NCBI GenBank assembly: GCA_951406725.2
Contig: OX597816.1
Coordinates: 166,966,001 to 167,030,000, forward strand
Direction: 5' to 3'
From: Octopus vulgaris
Lineage: Eukaryota
Length of the DNA: 64,000 nt
Below, piece after piece: positions 27,274 through 40,507 of this stretch. Positions within the stretch are counted from its first letter, which is position 1; every line of letters begins with the position of its first letter. The position numbers and the translations under genes were made by a program. Below the pieces are notes generated by a model. That model was not told the origin of the DNA. It worked only from the letters and a program-made list of their open reading frames with translations, and did not search any database.

Positions 27274-27732
27274 CCTACACATACACACATACATACATAC
27301 AAATATACATATACATATATATATATACAATCCAATACAGGCCCATTCCCTAATTTTAATTTTATTATCTTCATTTATTACTTTTGTTATCTTTGATCGC
27401 TAAGGCTAAGAATCCTGGCAATAGCTGCTTGTCCGTTTGTCTGTCTACTAGAAGGCAAGTACTCATTCCCGCACGCACACTCATTAGCACGTACATTCAC
27501 CCATTCGTACACTCATACACATACACGTACGCACGCGTTATATTCATACATACAAACATCTACATACGTTCACGTATATACACATACGTACTCGTACCTA
27601 CAGATTCGTGTCTACACTTTAGGAGGCTAGTCTATACATATACACCAATAAATATACATATATATATATATATATATATACCCGCACATACATACACACA
27701 CACACATATATACTCCTACATACAGATACATA

Positions 27733-27772
<40 letters not shown>

Positions 27773-27982
27773 TACGTATATATATACATACATACACATA
27801 CATACACATACACACATACACACATACACACACATACATACACATATATATACATACCCAAACATATATACACACGCATATATATACATACACACATACA
27901 CACATACATACGTATACATACATACATACATCTATACATCCATACTTACATGCATTTATACGCATACACACACCCATCTATA

Positions 27983-28019
<37 letters not shown>

Positions 28020-28296
28020 TCACACATACATATACAAATCTACGCACACACATACATACATACACGTATACGCATACACGCACATACACATATACATGCG
28101 TACCCATACACGTGCACACACGCACGCGCATCCATATAAATACACACACACACATATATATATACACGTGTGCAAGCATACATACATACTCATACGCGCA
28201 CACATACTTACAAATACATATATGCACACACTTACACACATATATATACATACACATATACATGCATACATACATATATGCATACATACACACACA

Positions 28297-28360
<64 letters not shown>

Positions 28361-28703
28361 CACATATACATACATAGACACATATACACATACATACACA
28401 TACACATACGTACACACACATATACACATATATATATATACATATATATATATATACACATATACGCATACATATATACACATATACATACATATACATA
28501 CACACACACATATACATATATACATATACACTGATACACATACCCATACATACACATGCATATACTTATATTACTACATACTCACATTTATAGACATATA
28601 TACATATACACACATACATACATACATGTACATACACATACGCATGCATATATACATATATATACATACATATATATACACATATACATATATATATATA
28701 TAT

Positions 28704-28734
<31 letters not shown>

Positions 28735-28994
28735 TACATATACACATATACATGTATACATACGCAAAAATGATACGCATATATACACATACACACACAC
28801 AGACAGATGCATATACATACATATATATATATATAAACTACATATCTATATAAATACATACATAATACACATATACACACACATATATATACATTCATGC
28901 ATATACATATACAAGTATACAAACACAAACATACACACACACGCGCACACATACATATACACACACACATATACAAATACATACATACACACAT

Positions 28995-29029
<35 letters not shown>

Positions 29030-29716
29030 CATACATACATGTACACATATACATATGTATATATATATCAACAAGGGGGGTAAAGTTAATTAGTTATTAA
29101 TCAATTTCATCAAGTGTTCAGTATGTAAAGGGACCATTATTATTTTGAGTAAACAATGTTAGAGGGAAAAAAATTCTCTAAGTAGTGGAAGAGGCTAAAA
29201 AACTTTATTGGCTGCTATTTCTAGAAAGTTTAGTATGTGGCAAAGTAATTTATTTTATTTTCCTAAGCCCTAATTATATAATATTTTATACATACATACA
29301 CATACATAAGCACATACATTTACACATACATATGCATATACATATATACACATATACATACAAACACATATACACATATACACACACACACACATACAAG
29401 CACATACATATATATATACATATATATACACATATATATACACATATATATATATATATATATACATGCAAACATATATACATATATATTTTTTTACATG
29501 CATACATACACACACACACACATAATACATGCGTATATTCCTACTGTACCCATGCATTTCTATACATATATACATACATACATACGATACACATATACAA
29601 GCGTGCACATATAATATGCGTGCACATATAATATGTGAAAGGTCTTAGGAGAAAAGGTAATCGGGGGTGCTAGGGGAACAGTGGGGTTGGGGGGGGGTTG
29701 TAGGGGGGGGTTGTCA

Positions 29717-30510
29717 TCAATCAGGTTGCCGGGTAGGTCTATAGTTCTTGTAGTTCGCATACTTCTTATGCATACAGTTTGGGGAGTGTTCTGAAAATTT
29801 GTTAAGGAGAGGGCCTTTGGCGAACAAGATCTCTAGGCTCTCTGATATGCATAGGTCACAGCAGGTATGTCCTCCTGTGTACGAGCGCGCCTTCTGTAGT
29901 AGTTTCCACTTGGTCTTGAAGGGGATTGAGTTCCTTTTAAGGTACCAGATGTGGGCGGCGAGGGTAGTTTGGTTGGATTTATCCTGTCGCCGGAGCGAGT
30001 GTGTATGTGCATACCAGCGGGTCTTAAAGCTGTTTGACGTCATTCCAATGTAGGATTTACTTTTATCGTCAAGGCCTGATCTTACCTCGCATTTATATAC
30101 TAGGTCCCTCTGTAGGCAGTTGTTGTTGAGGGGGCAGGTGGTTTTATCATGGCAGTTGCAATTGCTATCGGACGTTGGATGGGCCCCGGAGAAAGTAGAT
30201 ATGTTAAGTTTTTTCACATTGTTGTTGGCTAAGTTCCTGGCTAGGTTGGGCGTGGTAGAGTAGGAGAGTCTAATAGTGTTCTTATTTAGGATAGTGTAGT
30301 ACTTATGTTGGGTGGGGAAGTGTTTCTGTAGGAGAGTGAAAAGATCTTAGCTACAGGTGTAGCGACCTCACGGTTGAAGGGGGGTTATACCAGCTAATGT
30401 GTCTTCGTCTATTTTTCCTGGGTTGGCGTGGGGCTATACTAGTGTAGGTAATCTTATCTTTAAAACCACTGCGGGCCAGGGCCTCGTTGTAATAGGGGGC
30501 TGCGGCTTAA
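29717..30510 (-). pseudogene. PLE polyprotein C-terminus (linker + GIY-YIG endonuclease), left-arm copy
   Basis: Mirror of the + copy, with one amino-acid difference (HSLRR vs HSFRR). Confidence 0.85.
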
Positions 30511-30527
30511 TTACCCGTACCACAAAT

Positions 30528-31455
30528 TACCCGTACCACAAACCAAATGAATCCCTTAGATATATAGATATCAATTCCAACCACCCCAGAAATATATTAG
30601 ATAACCTAGTAAAAAGTGTCTCAATTAGAATCTCTAGCCTGTCCGCCACGGAAGATATCTTTAAGGCCGCAGCCCCCTATTACAACGAGGCCCTGGCCCG
30701 CAGTGGTTTTAAAGATAAGATTACCTACACTAGTATAGCCCCACGCCAACCCAGGAAAAATAGACGAAGACACATTAGCTGGTATAACCCCCCTTCAACC
30801 GTGAGGTCGCTACACCTGTAGCTAAGATCTTTTCACTCTCCTACAGAAACACTTCCCCACCCAACATAAGTACTACACTATCCTAAATAAGAACACTATT
30901 AGACTCTCCTACTCTACCACGCCCAACCTAGCCAGGAACTTAGCCAACAACAATGTGAAAAAACTTAACATATCTACTTTCTCCGGGGCCCATCCAACGT
31001 CCGATAGCAATTGCAACTGCCATGATAAAACCACCTGCCCCCTCAACAACAACTGCCTACAGAGGGACCTAGTATATAAATGCGAGGTAAGATCAGGCCT
31101 TGACGATAAAAGTAAATCCTACATTGGAATGACGTCAAACAGCTTTAAGACCCGCTGGTATGCACATACACACTCGTTCCGGCGACAGGATAAATCCAAC
31201 CAAACTACCCTCGCCGCCCACATCTGGTACCTTAAAAGGAACTCAATCCCCTTCAAGACCAAGTGGAAACTACTACAGAAGGCGCGCTCGTACACAGGAG
31301 GACATACCTGCTGTGACCTATGCATATCAGAGAGCCTAGAGATCTTGTTCGCCAAAGGCCCTCTCCTTAACAAATTTTCAGAACACTCCCCAAACTGTAT
31401 GCATAAGAAGTATGCGAACTACAAGAACTATAGACCTACCCGGCAACCTGATTGA
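30528..31455 (+). pseudogene. PLE polyprotein C-terminus: RT thumb, linker, CxC-x4-CP-x4-C motif, GIY-YIG endonuclease with CxxC...H; two -1 frameshifts in homopolymers
   Basis: YPYHKPNESLRYIDINSNHP...RISSLS...YNEALARSGF...RRRHISWYNPP / FNREVATPVAKI / FTLLQKHFP...NKNTIRLSYSTTPN...CNCHDKTTCPLNNNCL...LVYKCEV...YIGMTSNSFKTRWYAH...CDLCISE...LLNKFSE..CMHK. Confidence 0.9.
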
Positions 31456-32131
31456 TGACAACCCCCCTACAACCCCCCAACCCCACTGTTCCCCTAGCAC
31501 CCCCGATTACCTTTTCTCCTAAGACCTTTCACATATTATATGTGCACGCATATTATATGTGCACGCTTGTATATGTGTATCGTATGTATGTATGTATATA
31601 TGTATAGAAATGCATGGGTACAGTAGGAATATACGCATGTATTATGTGTGTGTGTGTGTATGTATGCATGTAAAAAATATATATGTATATATGTTTGCAT
31701 GTATATATATATATATATATATGTGTATATATAGGTGTATATATATGTATATATATATGTATGTGCTTGTATGTGTGTGTGTGTGTATATGTGTATATGT
31801 GTTTGTATGTATATGTGTATATATGTATATGCATATGTATGTGTAAATGTATGTGCTTATGTATGTGTATGTATGTATAAAATATTATATAATTAGGGCT
31901 TAGGAAAATAAAATAAATTACTTTGCCACATACTAAACTTTCTAGAAATAGCAGCCAATAAAGTTTTTAGCCTCTTCCACTACTTAGAGAATTTTTTTCC
32001 CTCTAACATTGTTTACTCAAAATAATAATGGTCCCTTTACATACTGAACACTTGATGAAATTGATTAATAACTAATTAACTTTACCCCCCCTTGTTGATA
32101 TATATATACATATGTATATGTGTACATGTAT

Positions 32132-32169
<38 letters not shown>

Positions 32170-32429
32170 ATGTGTGTATGTATGTATTTGTATATGTGTG
32201 TGTGTATATGTATGTGTGCGCGTGTGTGTGTATGTTTGTGTTTGTATACTTGTATATGTATATGCATGAATGTATATATATGTGTGTGTATATGTGTATT
32301 ATGTATGTATTTATATAGATATGTAGTTTATATATATATATATGTATGTATATGCATCTGTCTGTGTGTGTGTATGTGTATATATGCGTATCATTTTTGC
32401 GTATGTATACATGTATATGTGTATATGTA

Positions 32430-32460
<31 letters not shown>

Positions 32461-32797
32461 ATATATATATATATGTATATGTGTATATATATGTATGTAT
32501 ATATATGTATATATGCATGCGTATGTGTATGTACATGTATGTATGTATGTGTGTATATGTATATATGTCTATAAATGTGAGTATGTAGTAATATAAGTAT
32601 ATGCATGTGTATGTATGGGTATGTGTATCAGTGTATATGTATATATGTATATGTGTGTGTGTATGTATATGTATGTATATGTGTATATATGTATGCGTAT
32701 ATGTGTATATATATATATATGTATATATATATATGTGTATATGTGTGTGTACGTATGTGTATGTGTATGTATGTGTATATGTGTCTATGTATGTATA

Positions 32798-32865
<68 letters not shown>

Positions 32866-33389
32866 TGCGTGTGTGTATGTATGCATATATGTATGTATGC
32901 ATGTATATGTGTATGTATATATATGTGTGTAAGTGTGTGCATATATGTATTTGTAAGTATGTGTGCGCGTATGAGTATGTATGTATGCTTGCACACGTGT
33001 ATATATATATGTGTGTGTGTGTATTTATATGGATGCGCGTGCGTGTGTGCACGTGTATGGGTACGCATGTATATGTGTATGTGCGTGTATGCGTATACGT
33101 GTATGTATGTATGTGTGTGCGTAGATTTGTATATGTATGTGTGAGTGTGTATATATATATATATATATATATACATATATATAGATGGGTGTGTGTATGC
33201 GTATAAATGCATGTAAGTATGGATGTATAGATGTATGTATGTATGTATACGTATGTATGTGTGTATGTGTGTATGTATATATATGCGTGTGTATATATGT
33301 TTGGGTATGTATATATATGTGTATGTATGTGTGTGTATGTGTGTATGTGTGTATGTGTATGTATGTGTATGTATGTATATATATATGTA

Positions 33390-33431
<42 letters not shown>

Positions 33432-33888
33432 TATGTATCTGTATGTAGGAGTATATATGTGTGTGTGTGTATGTATGTGCGGGTATATATATATATATAT
33501 ATATGTATATTTATTGGTGTATATGTATAGACTAGCCTCCTAAAGTGTAGACACGAATCTGTAGGTACGAGTACGTATGTGTATATACGTGAACGTATGT
33601 AGATGTTTGTATGTATGAATATAACGCGTGCGTACGTGTATGTGTATGAGTGTACGAATGGGTGAATGTACGTGCTAATGAGTGTGCGTGCGGGAATGAG
33701 TACTTGCCTTCTAGTAGACAGACAAACGGACAAGCAGCTATTGCCAGGATTCTTAGCCTTAGCGATCAAAGATAACAAAAGTAATAAATGAAGATAATAA
33801 AATTAAAATTAGGGAATGGGCCTGTATTGGATTGTATATATATATATGTATATGTATATTTGTATGTATGTATGTGTGTATGTGTAGG

Positions 33889-33941
<53 letters not shown>

Positions 33942-34302
33942 AGATATATGTGTATGTGCGTATGTGTGTGTAGATACGTATACATGTGTGTATAGGTATA
34001 AGTGAGAATCTCCTTATTTACCTATAACTCTTTCCCCCCTTTTTTTATATATATATTTTATATATATATTTTATATATATATATTTTTTTATATATTTTT
34101 TATATATATTTTTTATATTTTTTATATTTTTTATATTTTTTATTTTTATTCTTTTATTTTATTTTTTTATTTTTTATTTTTTTATTTTTTTATTACCTTG
34201 ACCACTCCCCCAAGTATGATATTTTGCGCTATGCCTACCCCCAAAAAGTCCCCCACCACCACTCCTCTAAATGTATAAATGCTAATACAATTCTTGTTAA
34301 AT

Positions 34303-34353
34303 AGCTTCCTGAAGATTTCTCTTGAATGAAACAGTACTAGTCCTGTAGAAGCT
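34303..34353 (+). ncRNA. Hammerhead ribozyme at PLE 3' end (right arm)
   Basis: AGCTTC-CTGAAGA-tTTCtcttGAAt-GAAA-CAGtactagtcCTG-TA-GAAGCT: 6-bp stem I, GUA triplet and short stem II. Confidence 0.78.
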
Positions 34354-34364
34354 CCTTCTATATA

Positions 34365-34414
<50 letters not shown>

Positions 34415-34422
<8 letters not shown>

Positions 34423-34596
34423 TAAAAGCAGCAGAGTTTCACGTTCCCGTTCGTCGGACAGTTTTGTTAACGTGAAATTCCGAGTAACAGCTTTTGTTAA
34501 ATTTCTGATGCTTTTAAATAAAGCATATTACTCTACCTCTGGTATTTGAGTACTCTTTTTTCCACCTTGTTTCACATTTATGTGTTTACTCCGGTA
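34415..34596. mobile_element. Short fold-back HHR-like element (CCGACGA core family) between (TA)n; sibling at 59761-59962
   Basis: Shares ACCGGAGTAAACACATAAATGTGAAACAAGGTGGAAAAAAGAGTACTC with 59762 in reverse orientation. Minus strand has CTGT-CCGACGA-ACGGGAACGT-GAAA. Confidence 0.7.
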
Positions 34597-34949
34597 TATA
34601 TATATGAAAGAGAATGGGTGACTGAAAATTAAAATTTAATCAGTATTAATGCATTCTAAAGTGTTCACGTGTTTGGTGAAATGGCAGACATCAATTACGT
34701 GACCATAAAACCCATTTAATATGAATAACTGCCGCTGGTCACATTCATTGGCATTATGAAGAGAGACTGGGGCTGTTATATACAGAAGTATGCAAATAAG
34801 AACAGTAAGGTTAATACAGGAGACCAGAGTTGAAAGAGAAGGAAAAGAGAGTATGAGAGAGAAGAGCGACAGGATGTGAGGCGCTCTTTCGTTTTATTTT
34901 TCGACTTTTCTTACACCTTCCATTTAAAGGTGTCTTACTATTTTTATAT

Positions 34950-35366
34950 TTTACTTCTGTCAGTCATTAAACTGTGGCCATGCAAGGGCACCACCTTGAA
35001 CATTTTTTGTCGAACGAATGGACCCCATACATATTTTTTTTAAAGCCTGGTACTTACTTTATCGGTCTACTTTGTCAAATTGCTAAGTTACGGGTACGTA
35101 AACACCACAACACCGGTTGTCAAGGGGTGGTGGGGACAGATAGACACAAGACACACGGTTCTTTTCACTTTGAAGTTTAAAAGTGTTTAGTTACAAAGAA
35201 ATTATTTTTTAAATCTGCCGGTCAAAGTGAAAAGACCCAGACACATACACACATAGGACGGGCTTCTTTTTGTTTTCGTCTACCAAATCCACTCACAAGA
35301 CTTTGGTTGGCCTGAAGCTATAGTAGAAGACATTTGCTCAAGGTGCCGTGTAGTGGGACTGAAGCC
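34950..35366 (-). mobile_element. SINE family B containing an 82-bp GG-terminal mini-MITE (35157-35238)
   Basis: TIR GGTTCTTTTCACTTTGA / TCAAAGTGAAAAGACCC, TSD AGACACAC / AGACACAT. Confidence 0.65.
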
Positions 35367-35564
35367 GGTAAAAAAATTCATTAGAAAATATCTATTTTCC
35401 AGAAAGTTAGGAAGGAGCAGTCAAGGTGGGTGATTTATCCGAAAACCCAATGACAAAAACTTTTAACGTCAAATTCCGATCAAATTGTAATTTACTGTCT
35501 GTCTGTGTTGTGTGTGTGTGTGTGTGTGAATATGTATTGTGTGTGTAAATATATATATATATAT

Positions 35565-35595
<31 letters not shown>

Positions 35596-35954
35596 AAAGA
35601 AATATAGATGGACAAAGAAAGGTAGAAAAGAGAGCAATTTAAAAAAAAATATCAAAGGAAAAGAGAAAGAAATGAGATATTGTTGTAATCTGTTGATAAT
35701 AAACAGAAGTGGAGGGAGGTTCAACAGAGATTCTTCAGGTCACACAGAGGTGAACACCTTGAAAACAAGAGAGAGTTGGGTACAGTGTCTCCCACCCTCA
35801 GCTCAGGTATCAACCAAACTATTTCTCTATTCACCTTGATTCATCCAACCCGGACATAAAATCAGCCTCCTCAAATGATAAGTTATCGCTACAGCAGCCA
35901 GATTTGTGTGTAATCTATCATCTGGCTGTCTGTCTATCTCTTTATCTATCTATG

Positions 35955-36019
<65 letters not shown>

Positions 36020-36021
36020 GC

Positions 36022-36060
<39 letters not shown>

Positions 36061-36310
36061 TACCAATTATATACGTTTTTAATTTATATTTTTTGCAATT
36101 TACTTAATTATTGATATTTTATTATTTTAATTTTAATATGTAATTTTCTAGATGGTGTAATTTAATTGTTCATTTTGAATTGATAAAAGGTGGGGTTTTT
36201 TCTAATTTTTATATATATATTATATTGTGTGAAATTTGATTTAGTATTTCTAAATTGAATTTTTTTTCCCCTGTAAGTTTGGATTAATATTCCCTCAAAT
36301 AATAATAATC

Positions 36311-36423
<113 letters not shown>

Positions 36424-36860
36424 GTTTATCTATTTGTCTGTCTTCCTGTCTCTCTATCGCCCGGTCCATCCATCCGTCCGTCCGTCCGTCCATTCATTTA
36501 ATCACTGCTACGTTTTCTCTAATATACGTCTGTATATTTGTGGGTCAGATGGTGTAGTTGTATGATTAAGAAGTTCGCTTCACAACATGATTCTGGATTT
36601 GATCCCACTCCGTTGCAACTCCGTCAAATATCTTCTGCTGTAGCTTTAGGTTTGACCAAAACAATGCGTGCTGAATTCGGTTGATAGAAATAGTACGGAA
36701 ACCCAGGCATAGGTATGACTATGAGGTTGAGAAGTTTGCTTTGCTAGCAAGTGGTTTCAGGTTCAGTCCCCCAGTACTGCACCTAGGGCAACTATAACGG
36801 TCTTCTATAACGGTTCTGGATCAAGTAGGGCCTTGCGAATGAAACAGTGTGGAAGACTGG

Positions 36861-36908
<48 letters not shown>

Positions 36909-37059
36909 GGTTATGAGAGGTAATGTGTCAGTGAGACCCAAAGGTGTCAGGTAATGCTGAATAAGTCCTATGGATAGACCATAGTTAAGTTCCAAATTCG
37001 GTGATTATGCGAATAAGGGGTCCAACTTAGGTCATATATCAGCGTGTGTATATAAAAAG

Positions 37060-37532
37060 TTTTTTTCGTAATGAGATAAAAAAAAAACCCCCAAGGCTGT
37101 GTAGATTTTAGAACATTTATAAATGGAAGGTCTTACAGCTGTTTCTATGATATTTATTATATCCATTCATCGGAGACGGTGTGAGAAGACGGTTAAGCAA
37201 TAGTTAATTTAGATAAGATACGAAAGAGAGAGTGAGGTGGAGATATGAAAATAGATGTGAGATATGCAGGGATATTTTATTTGTAAATCTATTATTTAGG
37301 TAGAATGGGATACATATAAGATTCCAATACCTTATGAGTAAAATCCAATAGTATTTAAAATTGGTCATTTCAAGTTTTTTTCGTAAAGTGTTATTGAATC
37401 AAGGGTTTTATTTAAATAAAACACTTGATTCAATATATAATAAATATCCTAGAAACAGCTGTAAGACCTTCTATTTATAAATGTTCCAAAATCTACACAG
37501 CCTTGGTTTTTTTTATCTCATTACGAAAAAAA
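37060..37532. repeat. ~100-bp inverted repeats (37060-37162 / 37434-37532) with HHR variant at 37130-37177 (-)
   Basis: Minus strand reads GTCT-CCGATGA-atggatat..atatcata-GAAA-CAGCTG-TA-AGAC. Confidence 0.72.
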
Positions 37533-38744
37533 AAATTTAATCAGCTCCTCATTACGACACCATGAAAACTTTGAAATTATATTTCTGATCATATAAACCA
37601 CTTCGAATGTTACTTTAGCAAATCTAAAGTGATTATGTTTGTATCGTAAACTATTTACCATTTCTGTGGTAAATAGTGCCCTAAACACGTGCTGATTTTG
37701 CTTAGTGGTTAATCCAGCGCTGGTTAGAATGTTTTTGAACATAAAACTGTTATATCAGGGTGTTAAATAACATTAAGAACATGAAAATATGGCTTTTAAT
37801 GGTGCCTTGATGTTCCCTCAAGAATTTTTAACGAAACCCATCAAATTCATAAACAGAATAAACTGAAAATAAATAAATAGCTGTGAACTATATATATCTT
37901 CGTGATATATTATAAATATATGCTGAACCCTGAACTCAGACTAGCAATGTCAAATAAAAGCTTCAAACTTCTGAGAATGACATTGATTCGTTCTAAAACT
38001 GAAGTTAAGAAACGTTATTTGTGTTTACATGTAAGTTATGTATGGATATTGTGAGTGTATGAGAGAGAGAGAGAGAGAGAGAGAGAAGAAAAATTGGATA
38101 TACAGAGGTGAAAACAGAAGGAAGACAAAACAATAGTTAACATGTTTTGTCTTCCTTACTTCCGTTTCCTGTCTTTTATTTCGAATTTCCATTGTAATAA
38201 CTTTTTAAATAATTTTAACAACTCTATAACACAACATTCAACCTACGCTACTGTAATGTGTGTGTGTGTGTGTGTGTGGTATGCGCGCACACACATACAC
38301 AGACTTTCCAAAAAGTAACTCAAAGCAACACAATCTAACAAGAAAAACGAAAATAAATACAAATGGACGTGCACAAATCTGAGTTCTTCGTGTTACTAAA
38401 ATAGTTACCAAAATTAGCGAATAAATCGAAATATAAACTAATTTTTTTTATTTTTCACAAAACATTAAAATTTAATTACGGAGATGTACTTGCATAGCAA
38501 GTGACCTGATCTGAGATCGTGTGCTGGAACGAAAACAATTGCAGCGTGGAAGGTGTTTATAAGAAACACACAAAGACCTTTAGATTCACTTCAGCATTTA
38601 AATTTAATTTGTCAAAATATTTTCGTCGCTTTCAGACCGCGACCTGTTTCACTGATAAAACTTGAATTAAAATTTTTTTAAATAATAAAAGGGTTAACGT
38701 GTAGTTTAAGTAGTGAGATCCCATAATTTCATGCAAACAATCTA

Positions 38745-38986
38745 TGTAACCTTGTCAATGGATGTTGACTGTCCGTTATTGGAGCTGCGTTCTTTAACGG
38801 ACAGAGACAACATCCATTGACAATGTTGTAAAAGCAACAAAAATTTTGGAAGAAAAAATATAAATAATGAGTGGAAATCGAACCGGTAAGGCATTAAGAC
38901 AACATGATTCTCCCCAGACACAACATAATTTGCTTCAACACACGAATTCACATAAAGAATCTTGCAAACCAGATACAAAAACGAAA
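38745..38986 (+). mobile_element. PLE-type 3' fragment with 5' hairpin and degenerate U3-A8 HHR (38813-38850)
   Basis: TCCA-TTGACAA-t-GTTGt aaaa gCAAC-(A)AAA-ATTT-TGGA. The downstream sequence is homologous to 12065-12245 and 59085-59279. Confidence 0.6.
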
Positions 38987-39277
38987 TCTATGTGACATAA
39001 TGTATAAAACGTACATCTATCATATAGGATGAAAACAATCACATTTATAATAGAAATATTAAAATTACTAAGTCTCTATAAAAGAGATTACGGCAGCGTT
39101 ACTGGAAATTAATTGTTATCGCCATATTAATATGGCATTCATATAGATATAAGAATAATCGCTGCCGCTGGTCAGCTCCATGAGGCCACCGCCTTAAGAT
39201 AGCTATTGATACACGATCTGTATCCAATATAACCTTCGAACAAGGGAGGTCAGCCGCTTCACACTGCCAGTCCGACA

Positions 39278-39319
39278 GCTACAGACGCATTTCGGGGTAT
39301 TGCCCCTTGTCAATGTAGC
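39278..39319 (-). ncRNA. Minimal hammerhead variant (U3-A8) at the tip of a 137-nt hairpin (39231-39367)
   Basis: GCTACA-TTGACAA-GGGG caata CCCC-GAAA-TGCG-TC-TGTAGC, with outer stem AACCTTCGAACA / TGTTCGAAGGTT. Confidence 0.7.
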
Positions 39320-40142
39320 GCAGTCAGACCCCGCAGGTGTCGCCCCTGACGTCTCTGTTCGAAGGTTTCTATTTACCTAGTTGAGTGTAGCACGCTGGAA
39401 TGACGTATCTCAGCCGCTATTTTCACAATATCTAAGATATCACTAAGAAGATACTATACAAGTAGGTATCTGCGGATGCGGCGTAATGAGAGAGTTCTGT
39501 TCATAAAATTAAGGGATTGCAGCAGTTCTCTTTATGAAATTATAGGATGTAACTGCCGTTATTTCCGGCCAATTAATTTTCATCTTTTTTTAAAAGCATA
39601 AACGGCATATTTAACCCCAACAAAACTGTTCAGTAAGCGCGTTAAAGCGCCTAACAGCTATAAAACTATTTGATGTAGTTAGAATGTTATTATATAACGT
39701 TATTGTATCATCCGATCGTTTCTCTTTTTGATATACGACAATCAAAAAATAATATTCGTTATCTATCGGAAGAAATATAACATGGCTGAACATATTACAC
39801 GACTTTATGATTTTCAGTAGTTAAATAATCCGAAAATATTTTAGCAAATATTTTGATTTATGACAACAAAAAAGCTATCAATTCTGAAAATTTGTTCAAC
39901 GTTTTTGAAACAGTTTATTTATTTTCTCTAACAGGTGGTGGTCACGGCTATTATTACTCTGATTCTGATGTTTGTTAAGTTTATAGATTTTAACAATATT
40001 AGTTCACAGTAACTATGTGTATTTTGATAAAACTAGTATGCAAAAATCTTTATAGATTTCTGAAAGAATGAAATTGTTGATTAAATCGTCCTTTATATTT
40101 ATTTCCAGTCGACCCAACACAGTCTTAAACAATTATCTGTTA

Positions 40143-40507
40143 TCTTTTATTCGTTTCTGTCATTGGACTGCGGTCATGTTGGGGCACCACCTTGAATTTT
40201 TAATCGAATGAATCGACCCCAGTACTTTTTTTAAAGCGTGGTACTTAATATATCGGTATCTTTTGTCGAACCGCTAAGTCACGGGGTATGTAAACCCACC
40301 AAGATCGGTTGTCAAGGGTGGTGGGAAACAAACACACACATATATAGGACGAGCTTCTTTCAGTTTCCATTTACCAAATCCATTCAAGGCTTTGGTCGAT
40401 CCGAGAATGTAGCAGGAGACATTTCCTCGAGGAGTAACGCAGTGGGATTGAGCCTGGAACCATGCGATTCGGAAACGAGCTCCTTACCACAGAACCACGC
40501 CTGTACC
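40143..40507 (-). mobile_element. SINE family B (diverged)
   Basis: Reverse family-B consensus. Confidence 0.7.

Larger units (their letters stand above)
26705..34370. mobile_element. Penelope-like retroelement, 5'-truncated, head-to-head inverted duplication (arms ~26775-30510 and ~30660-34370) inserted in (TA)n
   Basis: Near-identical ORFs on opposite strands, mirrored 3' regions and HHRs, a unique spacer 30511-30659 and (TA)n on both sides. Confidence 0.9.

Noticed and set aside
30399-30527. N-terminal part of the 140-aa ORF at 30399
   Set aside because: It reads through the antisense left arm. Only the part from ~30528 is genuine PLE coding sequence.
32072-33778. 568-aa ORF and the many H/T/Y/I- or C/V/M-rich ORFs (27384-29631, 6904-7509, 42164-42812, 57205-58279)
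   Set aside because: These are translations of TA/CA microsatellite mosaics that lack stops by composition, not proteins.
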